Positions 11,401-21,344 of a stretch of DNA of 64,000 nucleotides are shown in pieces; within the stretch, counting starts at the first letter, position 1; the number at the start of each line of letters is the position of its first letter. The stretch covers positions 18,414,001 through 18,478,000 of the forward strand of contig JBHGNT010000008.1 of NCBI GenBank assembly GCA_043228905.1. The letters run 5' to 3'. Source of the stretch: Azolla caroliniana (Eukaryota > Plantae > Polypodiophyta). The position numbers were made by a program, and so were the translations under genes. A model generated the notes under the pieces. That model ran no database searches and had not been told where the DNA came from. It saw only the letters and a list, made by a program, of their open reading frames with translations.

Positions 11401-13839
11401 GGAGACTTCGGCGGTTGTGCTCGAATGCCAACGTGAGACCGGAGAGATGGGCGGTGACCGTGAGGAGGTGAGGCCCGGAGAGAGCGCATACGAAGACGAG
11501 TATGCGGGGCCCGGAATGGGCGTATACGGTGGGTCCGACGGAGAGGACCGGAGCGGAAACGAGGAGAGAGTCGGGAACCGACCTGACCGGAATACGGCAC
11601 GGAAGAAGAAGAGAGTAAGGGCCGGCGAACCGGGCCCAAACCGAAGGAAGCCGGCGAGACCGATTGGCCGGTTACGGTTACGGTTACGATGGGAGACGGT
11701 AAGCGCGAGATGGAGGCTAACCGGGCACGACGACCATGGTTCGGGGGAAAAACGGAAACAAACGAGACCCTCCATACCCACTCTAGAGACTACGGCGGTT
11801 GCGGATCAACATAAGACCGGAGAAACGGCGGGTGGCGGCGAGGAGTCGGAGACCGGAGCGTACGAGGTTACCGGAACGGATATCCGGTACGAGATGGTGG
11901 ACGGGTGGGTCCAAGACGGCGAGCCCGTGTCGGGACGGGCTACGGCGACAAAGGAGGAGAAGACCGACACGGAGGTCGGGTCTACGGCGGAAGAGCGAGA
12001 CGAGATGCATGCAATACGGACGATGGAGGGCCAAGACACAAGCATGCCTACGAAGGAACCACATCGAGCGACCGAAGATGACGGTCGGATCACGCCTTCG
12101 AGAGGCGAATACGAGGAGGAAGGCGACGACGACAAGACCTGGCACGATGCTAGGGAAGATTGGTGGGAAGAGGTGGCCTACGGAGAGGCTAAGACCGGCG
12201 GCCACGAAGATAAGACCCGAGAGGGATCCTCCACACTGGCTATAGAGACTCCGGCGATCGGCGCGAGTGCCGACGTGAGACCAAGAGTGGCGGACGGTGG
12301 CAGCGAGGGGACGAAGGCCACAACGGATGAAGGCACCGAGAGAGGCATACGGGAGGTCGCGGTGAACGAAGATGTATGCGCCCAAAGGAACGAACACGAC
12401 ATCACGAAGGATGTGTGCGGTCGAGCGGGCCAAGAGGGCCAAGAGGGTGTTCCTCCGAGCGAAACGGAGGTCGGGGAAGAAGGGTACCTTTCCGAAAGGG
12501 TACGCGAAGAGGAGCGGAATGCGAAACGTGCAATACGGCCGCATGAGGGCCAAGCAACGAGCACGGGAACGATGGTATGCTCTACGGCGAGAGAGCACGG
12601 CAAGCAAGGGGAAGGCGAAAAATGCGTGATGGGGTCATCGAAGGACCGAAGCACGAGCACGCATTCGGAGGACGACACCGACGTACGGGGAAAGCCTACG
12701 GAAGGCAAGCGCGGAGCGAGAAGAGTCGGCACGACGAGGTGCGCGGCACGAAAAAGGCGGATCCGGAGGATATGCGAGGCGGACAAAGGGTCGGCAACGG
12801 CGTTCGGGAGGACCGAACGGGGAGGAAAGCGCGGGCATCGGATATGGCGGTCCGAGTGTAGTCGGTGGTTCGAGGAAACACGGTGGACGTGGCGGATCAG
12901 GTGGAGGCAACGACTCGGCGAGCATCGTCGAGTGTGGCGGATCGGATGGAGCCGACGGTTCGAGACCATTCGGCGGAGATGGTGGGCCGGAAGGCGACGG
13001 CGGTTCGTGTGGACGGGGTGGACTTGCTCGAAGTGGAAGACGAAGCCGGGCAAGCCCACGAGGTTGTCAAGGGCCCGGTTGGCCGCCTTGGCCGAAAATC
13101 TCGCGTTTTGTTCCCCTTTTGGCACATACCGGTGGATGTGCGGTTAGGTGGGGGCGGATGTCGTGAAGATTTTCGTCCATAGGCGGAAAACCGAGCGAAG
13201 CAAGCAAACCCGCGATGTGCAACGTTGCACATCACCATGTTGTATTTCTATTTATCAATAGTGATAAGTATGGTGCTAGAAATGCACCTTAGGATTTGTA
13301 AAGTGTAGAGGTGATGTGCTTTTGCGCGCACATCCACGTGAGAGAGAGAGATAGGTACATAGTAGTTCGTGTAGAGGTGGGAGTTAAGACCCATCCTTCC
13401 CACCTCCCCTAAAATCAAGGGAAATATCCCCATTGATTGAAAGGGGATATTTTGTAGCACCCTTTTATGTAACGGTCTTCCCTCCTTGTGCTATAAAGGG
13501 AGAGGAAGAGCACCATTGTGGGGGTTGCCTTATCTTTGAGTGTGAGTGAGGTATACCATTTCGTTTAGGGTTCCTTAGTTAGGGTTTCTTTTCTTCTTCG
13601 TCGGATTAGGGTTTCGGGTTTATCATAGTCGTTTGGTGCGGCCTACGCGGCCGCCATTTTGTAATCGGTTTTCGGTTCTAATATATCTTGTTGAGCATCT
13701 GGCCTCCATCTTCCTCTTGTCCATTCTTTCTCTTCTTGTGCTAAGCTCCATTCCGAAGTCCTATTCCTTCTCCCCTTCTCCTTAGTCCAAGACCCCCGTG
13801 GTTCCGCCCTTCTCCACGCACGCGCGTAACAACGCGACA
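8408..13839 (+). mobile_element. Young non-autonomous LTR element (TR-GAG-like) related to the Phygy-like family
   Basis: Two 681-bp LTRs (8408-9088, 13159-13839) with no difference seen by eye; perfect tRNA-Trp PBS TGGTGAACCCGACGTGA at 9093; PPT identical to element 1; no PR/RT/IN. Confidence 0.93.
9131..13147 (+). CDS. 1338-aa protein: Gag-like N-terminus, acidic Gly/Glu-rich repeats, Arg/Trp-rich basic tail
   Basis: Uninterrupted ORF; first ~200 aa align with gag of elements at 5151 and 19302 (GRFDGKEV..FL..Y.AEM; DKVLLFL; GLTEEW). Confidence 0.8.
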   Translation: MEEGFDFEEMMTKILMDAGRKRARREAAQQAVERVVRLVGRFDGKEVPKFLRAYDAEMTGMGVDEATRLEFFPRAAAASKYEEVKELQEAHESWESFEGALMEAYGCAESEVRGRREFDRWMASARRHRSAIEAFREFERRFSQLSEWERRSVGADKVLLFLETVHHEERMDIMFELQDDYGAHGLTEEWPEVEWVCRQHEARRSATTRPASGGEERATTDYAMPPDESSSRTGLEGLDLQALIREACGLVMAKIEAEEWLIAGSGPSGSEDAEEGASSHMEDGAYAEAEREWYIGTTGEGAERAALSTWGERTTEDEVGDGEAAIADSSGHGGFGTWWPESSSTEETSGGTATFHAPVQGTPAASPSARVRPMVKGGGGGKAGDHGVDTREGAEQATVSSQGKRTAMDEADIYGAMDATSRVGGSFGTRLPETFYEDFASILEACEMEEEEETSVGVATFHTPALEASAVGPSAGTRPGATDGGGGKADNRDKDETGEEEAAASILDACETEDGVATDDDVRMEVATDERSGGVATFHTPVLETPAPGPRAGERPRVTDGGGGKAGNRNDDDMGEGAERATLSSCGEWTAKDEAGDYKAESATSKVGGRFGARRPKTSSGEEASGGAATFHTPALEASAVGPSAGTRPRTTGGGGGKAGKQNDAENGEEEVVASILEAYGIGDGGAADNDVRTKAATETTSGGAGSLPTPILEAPMAGPSAGMRLSATGGDGGKAGNGIEKEDWSGRRQDPLTPGPETSAVVLECQRETGEMGGDREEVRPGESAYEDEYAGPGMGVYGGSDGEDRSGNEERVGNRPDRNTARKKKRVRAGEPGPNRRKPARPIGRLRLRLRWETVSARWRLTGHDDHGSGEKRKQTRPSIPTLETTAVADQHKTGETAGGGEESETGAYEVTGTDIRYEMVDGWVQDGEPVSGRATATKEEKTDTEVGSTAEERDEMHAIRTMEGQDTSMPTKEPHRATEDDGRITPSRGEYEEEGDDDKTWHDAREDWWEEVAYGEAKTGGHEDKTREGSSTLAIETPAIGASADVRPRVADGGSEGTKATTDEGTERGIREVAVNEDVCAQRNEHDITKDVCGRAGQEGQEGVPPSETEVGEEGYLSERVREEERNAKRAIRPHEGQATSTGTMVCSTAREHGKQGEGEKCVMGSSKDRSTSTHSEDDTDVRGKPTEGKRGARRVGTTRCAARKRRIRRICEADKGSATAFGRTERGGKRGHRIWRSECSRWFEETRWTWRIRWRQRLGEHRRVWRIGWSRRFETIRRRWWAGRRRRFVWTGWTCSKWKTKPGKPTRLSRARLAALAENLAFCSPFGTYRWMCG

Positions 13840-16770
13840 TCTTTGGTGAACCCGACGTCTGGAGAAAAATAAGCCTTCGGACAGCTAGAGATCCTGGTAG
13901 TCGGACACCTGTGCGAAGCTGTCCCCAGCGAAGGTAGAAGCCATCTCCGCGATGAAGGATGATTGCGGGTCGGTTATGGAGGTCCGAAGGATCCTGGGGG
14001 CATGTGCATTCTACCATATCTGGATTCCGCATTACGCCCACATCGCGGAGCCGCTCTATGGGTTGCTGAAAAAAGGGTGTAAATTCGAGTGGAGAGACGA
14101 GCATATGGAGTCGGTCTAGAAGATGAAAGAAGCACTTGCCGCGGCACCGGTGCTCCGAAAGGCTGTCTACGGCAAAGACACCCCAATTTACGTGACCGTG
14201 GACACGAGTCTGATCGGGATCGGATGGGTGAGCAACCAAGAGGATGACGATGGCGCGAGGTTCCCCATCCGGTTCGACGCGAAAGTCCTTAGTGAGTGAC
14301 AGCGAGGATACGCCCAGGTTAAACGAGAACTTTAGGGTATCGTTTCGGCGGTCAAGGCCGATAAAGACTACCTGATTGGGATAGAGGTGATAATCGAGAC
14401 AGACTGCCTACCGATTCTCGGCATGGTTTCCGAATGCGCGACGACGGACCTGGCAATGCTCAGGTGGATAGCGTACATCAAGTCCCTGAATCCGGAAATA
14501 CGACACATTTCTGGAAAAGACAATGCCATGGCCGACATGCTTTTGAGAGCGAGGTTCGATGACGAGGACGGCATGGTTTCGGAGGACGAGGAAGTTGGCA
14601 TGGGCTTCTTTGAGGCGGCTTACGTAACAACAAAGGGGAGCACTCCGGTGCTTAACGAATTTGACGAGAGCAAGTACGACGGGGAGTGGCTCCAGATCGG
14701 TGGGTTCCTGAAGACAATGACACCGGACGCGGTGTGGACGAAGGAAGAAACCAACCGGATTCGGAAGAAAGCGTACCGATTCTTCCTACGGGATGGGAGC
14801 ATATGGAAGCACCTGAAGAAGAGAAACGACATCCCGCTTCGAGTGGTGGTGAAGAAAGAGGAACAGGAAGAATTGCTGACAGCATACCACGAGAGTCCTT
14901 GGGCCGGACACCGCGGGATGTGGGCCACATTCGAGAAGCTAAAGGGGAAGTATTGGTGGTCGGGACTATATCGGGACGTGGATCGGTTCGTGACGACTTG
15001 CAAAAGCTGTCAGGTGCACTCCATAGTCTAACATCGAGACGAGCTTCACCCGACCTACCCTCCGACCGTCCACTTTAAGTGGATGGTGGATCTGGTGACG
15101 ATGCCGACGGGGGTAGGGCAGATGCGGTATTTGGTGTTGGCTCGGGAGGACCTAACGAACCAGGTGGAAGGCCGAGCGTTGCAGAACAAAATGACCGCGA
15201 CCGTGTGCCGATTTCTAATCGAAGAAGTGGTATGCCGGTACAGGTGCGTAGGTAAGATCATGGCCGACCACGGAGAATTGGATGTGCAAGAGGCGGAAGA
15301 GCTATTTGACCGGCTAGGGATTAAACTCTCGCTCACCACAATGTACAATCTGGAGGCTAACGGGAAGGTGGAACGCGGACACGGGCCGATCGTCAAAGTG
15401 TTAGTACGGGCGTGTGGAGGCCAAGTTGGGAACTGGCCACGGCTCTTACCCTATGCGTTGTGGGCAGACCGAACTACGCACAGTTCGGTAACCGGGTTCA
15501 TGCCAGCAGAGCTAATGTACAGGTAGAAGCCGATCATACCAACGGAGCAGACAATCTCCTCATGGGCCACGGTGGACAGGAAAGACGAGATGAGCCGGGA
15601 GGAGCTGCTAGTGGCACGGATTCGACAGCTGGAGAGAAGACTGGAGGACGTGGATTGAGCCACAGAGAAGCTACGGGTGGCGAGGGTAAGGAACAAAGGA
15701 CGGTTCGACTGGACTCACCGACTGAGACCGAAGAGGATCGAGGAAGGCGACTGGGTTCTAGTGTATGACAGCAGCCTCGACAACCAGCATAGGGCAACGC
15801 GGAAGTTTGCAAGGAGGTGGTTCGGGCCTTATGTGGTGACAAGCGCCAACGACAATGGGACCTACCCTCTCGCGGAGCTCGACGAGACAAGGATGGCGGT
15901 ACCGGTGGCAGGGAAAAGGATCAAAGCATTCAAAAAGCGGCACAAGGCTGAACCGAACTTGGACGACTTGCATAGCGACAACGACCGACTCGGGACGGAT
16001 GTCGATCTGGAAGACGAAGGATAAGCGTGGGCTGGTCTTCTCCGGCAAGAGTCTAATTTTGGCGCATACCGGTGGATGCACGGTTAGGTGGGGGCGGATG
16101 TCGTGGAGAAAACTGTCCCTAGGTGGAAACCGGGTATAACGTGCGTAAACCGGCTCTTACACATGGACACACGTTTTGTTGTATAGTATGTAGATAGGTA
16201 CAAGTCGGCTGAGGTGAAATCCTAGGTAGCATGCATTCATTAGGGAGAAAATCGAGGCGTATCCCTGTTCGAAAGGACATGGAATGAACATGATGTAACG
16301 GGTGGTAATGGCCTCCCTCCTTGGGCTATAAAAGAGAGGGAGAGGTATGGTAAAAAAAGGAGGAATCGCGTTTTATGGAGGACGAAGTGCTGCCGGACTG
16401 GAACCGAGCTCTTCTCCTCTGTCTTCTCCATAGTCGCTCTGTGCAGGTTTTCGAGGGGTTGACTCTGCTCCGCGGAACGCCCGAGTGCTTCCGGTAGAGT
16501 CTCCATCTTGCGTTGTGTGTGTGTGTGCATGCATTGGAGCCTATCACTCGCCGGCTTGCCGGTTGTAACTCCTTGATTCGTATATACATATACATTCGTT
16601 CTGTCTCCATTGTTCAGAGTTAGTTGCAACTCCTGTGAATCTATGTGTCTGTGCGCGTGTGAAGTACATCGGTAGTTTCCTTCCCCTCTTCTCATTCAGT
16701 TATTTCTCGGTCCAAGGCCCCCGTGGTCTCGCCTCGTTCTCCACGCACGCGTGTAACAACGCAACAACGG

Positions 16771-18559
16771 TTCTCGCACAAAGAGAAGGGGAAGAAGAAG
16801 ATGCCGGAATACAAAACCGGCAACGTTGAGGCGGATTGGAGCGAATACGACTCCGGAAAGGATGAAGGCGAATCTTCGGGAACAAAGTCCGACCTGGCCA
16901 AGAAGGGCCCCAAACCGGGTAAAATACCAAGTTACGCCGGTCTTCCCGCCTGAAGAACCCCGTTACGCGGTACGGGTACAATGAGTACATGGCGCATCAT
17001 TATGCTTTCATGACTAAGGTGGCGGAAGTACGCGAGCTGGAGAGCTATGCAGAAGCAGCAAAGGACGCAAATTGGGGTGCCGCTATGGAGGAATAAATGT
17101 GGGCACTGGATGCCAACGACACATGGGACCTCGTTGACCCTTCCCGACACTGTAAACTGATTGGTTGCAAATGGGTGTACAAGGTAAAGTACAATGCCGA
17201 CGGTTCGGTTAATCGGTACAAGGCCTGGTTAGTGGCGAAGGGATACGCACAGACCCAAGGAATCGATTACGACGAGACCTTCGCTCTGGTAGCGAAGATG
17301 ACGACAGTTCGTGTGGTATTGGTCGTTTCTGCGGCAAGGGGGTGGCATCTTCACCTGATGGACGTGAAGAATGCGTTTCTTCAAGGTGACCTTGAAGAAC
17401 GGGTCTATATGATCCAACCTCCTGGTTTTCAGTCGGAGATGAACAAGTCGGCGGTGTGCCGGCTCAAGAAGTTGCTTTACGGTCTGAAACAAGCCCCCCA
17501 AGCTTGGAATGCGAAGATCAAGCACCGATTGCATAAGATGGGGTTTGTGACCTCTAAATCCGACTCATCATTGTTCATTCGGCCAGGTTTGGACGATCCA
17601 GTTTGTATCCTACTTTATGTTGATGATTTAGTCATCACCGGACCCAGACTCAATGAAATCGGCCGAGTAAAGTCCCAACTGTCGGACGCATTTGAAATGA
17701 AGGAACTGGGGGACCTTCATTATTTTCTTGGGATCGAGGTGATCCGAACCCCCGATAGCATATTGCTCTCACAATGACACTATGTGTTGAATATGTTGTA
17801 CAAGTTCGGTATGACGGAGTGTTGACCTGTCTCCACACCCCTGTACCGGAACCAGAAGCTTTGTCCCAACTCCAGACCGGCTTGCAATGAGAAATGGTTC
17901 TGACAAATCGTCGGAAGCTTGATATACTTGACGATCACTCGACCCAACCTCAGTTACTCGGTTGGAGTGATTAGCCAGTTCATGCAGAAGCCAACCGTCA
18001 AGCACCTTCAGTGCGCACACTGGATGCTCCGGTATGTGAGCGACACGAAGGACCGAGGACTGTTATATCGGCATGGTATAACCGAAGCATTAGTCAGATA
18101 TACAGATGCCGACTGGGATGGTGATGCATCGGATCGCCGATCCACCTTTGGTTACATGTTTTCTCTTGGTAGTGCGGCTGTTGCGTGGAGTAGCAAAAAG
18201 CAACCAATAGTGGCTTTGTCGAGCACTAAGGTTGAATACCGGGGCGCTACCAATGCCACCTGTGAAGCCATCTAGCTTTGGCAAGTACTGAAAGACTTGC
18301 GGATTGAGGTCCCGACCCCGATCCTGATCTATTGTGACAACATGAGCAACATTCAGCTCGCCCAGAACCCAGTGTTCCATGCTTAGACGAAGCACATAGA
18401 AGTCCACTATCACTTTGTGCGTGAGCGGGTTTTGAGCGGTGAAGTAGAACTTCAGTATGTTTAGACGGATCGGCAAGTTGCCGATATCTTCACCAAACCG
18501 CTCGAATCAGACAAGTTGCAACACTTCACCGAAATGCTTGGTGTTCAGCATCTCGACGT
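16771..18559 (+). pseudogene. Copia-2 reverse transcriptase and RNase H
   Basis: CKWVYKVK, MDVKNAFL, LLYVDD, YTDADW, WSSKKQ motifs. Confidence 0.92.
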
Positions 18560-19301
18560 TGTCGTAGTGTATTCCACACACTACGTGAAAACCATAAAAT
18601 AATATATCCGATTTAGATACATATAAATAAATAAATAATATATCAAAATACTTATCACGTGCATAGGGCAGGATTCAAACCCTACACCTCCACATAGATA
18701 AACCTCAACTTTACCATTGTAATAACTTATCTTTAGTGTTATACATATAGATTTAATACGTATAAGACCTTTATTTACACATACCTTTATTAAAAGATAA
18801 AAATCATGTATTCTTTAGGGTGTGAATATTTTATTTACACGTGACATTAAAAGTGACTCATGCACATCTAGCGTGCATGAGCCCTATACTTAGGAAATGA
18901 CAAAGCATCACATGCACATTTAGTGTGCATGGACACTTTTGGTGAAAAAGCATGAAGCCATGCTTAGCCTCTTCCATCTTTATATAAGGAGGAGAGAAAT
19001 ATGTATAAGGTTGTTGATTAATATACAGGGATTGATCAATCTAATATATTTGTGGGATTCACGAATTTTGCCATCTAAATTACTCTTATAATCTAAATAT
19101 TGTTTTAAATACACTAAACTCGTGGGATTCATGAGATTGCTATCTTACTTCTCTTTCTACTATTCATAACTAGCCTTAAGTTGTATTCCTCTTCCTCCTA
19201 GTCCAAAACCTCGGCGGTTCCCACCCGACTCACGCAACGATCCGGAGCCGAAAGGCACGACACAGTTGGTGAACCCGACGTGAAAACCGGGTGGCAAGGA
19301 G

Positions 19302-21344
19302 ATGGAAAATCAACCGGAGGCTAGCAACATGATGATGATGTTCGAGCGCATGCTACAAGAACAACGCGCGATGTCGGAGATAGCGGCATCAGTGGAGCGG
19401 CTCGTGCAACGAAACGGGCAATTCAACGGGAAAGACGTGTCGCGGTATCTTCGGGACTACAAGGCGGAGATGCTACGGTGCGGAATATCGGAAGGACTGC
19501 AAGTGACGTCCTTCAACCGGGTGGCGACCAACGGGCTTCAAGCAAGCATCCATGGGCCACGACAGCAAAATCCGACATGGGAGGCGTTTGAAGAAGAGCT
19601 AAAGAGGACGTTCGCCATCGAGGATTCCTCCAAGGTGACGCGAAGGGGATTCGAAGATTGGGTGGAGACACCGGACAAGGGATTGAAGGTCGTTGATGTG
19701 TTTTCGGCATTCGAAAGCTGGTTCGGGAGGTTGTCCGTGAGAGATCAAGCTATCCTCGTACCGGACAAGGTGATCATGTTCTTGCGAGCCGTGGACGCAT
19801 AGGACCGGAAAGATCTCGGAGTGCTCTTGGAGGACACGACCACGGAGAGTGGCCTCACCGAAACATGGGAAAGTGTGCGGTATATCGTCGCACGATACAC
19901 AAAGAGGGGGCAATGGCTTGCCAACGAGGAAAAGAGGGTTTCGGAACCGATTCCGAAACCGAGAACCGGATTGGAAGACCATCAACCGAGGGCTCGGGAG
20001 ACTACAACCGAGAAGGGGATTGATGCATCTACGGTGGAGCAACTATTGAAGGAGATGGAGAATCTGAAGATCGCGATGGTGAAGAAGTCGGATGACCGAC
20101 CCACAAGCTCCAAGTATACGGACCGACGGTGCATATGGTGCGATAGCGCCGAACACGATCGGAGGGTTTGCGACGAGCATAAGGAGGCGCTACGACGGGA
20201 TCTCATCTATTACGAGGGAAACCGGATTCATTCGATGGACTCTCGGAAGCCACTCTGACCGAACTTCCGGAAAGGCGGCATGAAGAAGGTGCTCGAGGAG
20301 GAATTGGCGGCAAGAAGCAACTATGCGACAACCGCGGGAATATGTGTCGGGGAGTCATCGAGAGCAAAGACGTCTTTTTGGCCGGAAGTTCTAGAAAACA
20401 CCGAGAAAACCGACTCCAACGAGATCCGAAGCACCGCGGAAGGCGTCTGGGAAGCTACGGGATGGGAGTGCCCTGTCGACAAGAATAGCGTATACGCCCT
20501 GTGTCAATTGCATGAGGTGTATGTGGACGAGAAACGACGACGCATGGAGGATGCGGCCGGGCCATCGAAGATACCGGAAAGCTGGAACTCCGGAGGTAAG
20601 GAAAAAGAAAAGGCGACTCCGGCATTCAAGCTTGCCTCGGACATAGAACAACGAACCGACTTGAAAAGAGTGTTCGAGGAAGGAATCTTGGATAGCCGGG
20701 TAGATTTCTCGCTTCGGGAGCTACTCGGAATAGCAAAGAAGGAGTTCCACGATCTTCTCGTGGATCTCGTGAAGCGAAAAAGACAAAGTACGGAGGAAAA
20801 TGCTCCAAGGGTGAATGCGAACACCGTTTTAATGAACGACACCGAAGTGGAGGACGAAATTCCGAACTCCCACTATACAAGACCACATTGGGCACGCGCG
20901 ACTACGGAGACTCCGGTCCGAATCGGCAACATCAAAGAACCCGTGCTAGCATTGATTGATCACGGATCAGAGATCAACTTGATGTCCAAGGAGTTCTACC
21001 GGAAGGGGAAGTGGCCTATTAACACCAACCATGGATGGAAGATTCGGGCGGCCACCAAAGCAATGGAAGATCTATTTGCGGCTTGTCCGGATGTGACGGT
21101 GAAGATTGGGGATGTCGAGATCGACCAAAATTTCTTCGTGCAAGATGAGGTTTCACATTCCGTCATCCTTGGCCAACCCTTTATCACAGCATCACGGATG
21201 GAGACGAAGGTGCTCGATAGCGGTGTGGCATTTGCGCGAATTCGGAGCCAAAACGGTGGGAAATCTGTCCAATTCCTAACGGTGCCGGCAAATCACGAAA
21301 GGAACAAGAGGGAACTCTTGTCCCAAGTGAGAATGGATTTTTAA
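19302..21344 (+). pseudogene. Element 2 gag (CIWCD..H..C knuckle) plus protease
   Basis: One reading frame with two premature stops; LALIDHGSEINLM; ends ATG GAT TTT TAA. Confidence 0.9.

Larger units (their letters stand above)
7149..16024 (+). pseudogene. Element 1 pol (RT-RNaseH-integrase), starting in the -1 frame, interrupted at 8408-13858
   Basis: YKTVNRKVKPV, DLYSGYDQF, PFLDD, IETDCLP, HxxxWAGH...CxxC and GPY motifs across several ORFs. Confidence 0.88.
4433..16766 (+). mobile_element. Non-chromovirus Gypsy (Phygy-like) element 1, decayed
   Basis: LTRs 4433-5106 and 16099-16766; 4-bp TSD ATGG/ACGG; tRNA-Trp-type PBS TGGTGAAACCGAC; PPT before 16099; gag-PR to 7158, RT (PFLDD), RNase H, integrase (WFGPY) to 16024. 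Confidence 0.93.

Noticed and set aside
9912-13238. Many overlapping antisense and alternative-frame ORFs
   Set aside because: Expected shadows of a GC-rich repetitive ORF; no recognisable motifs
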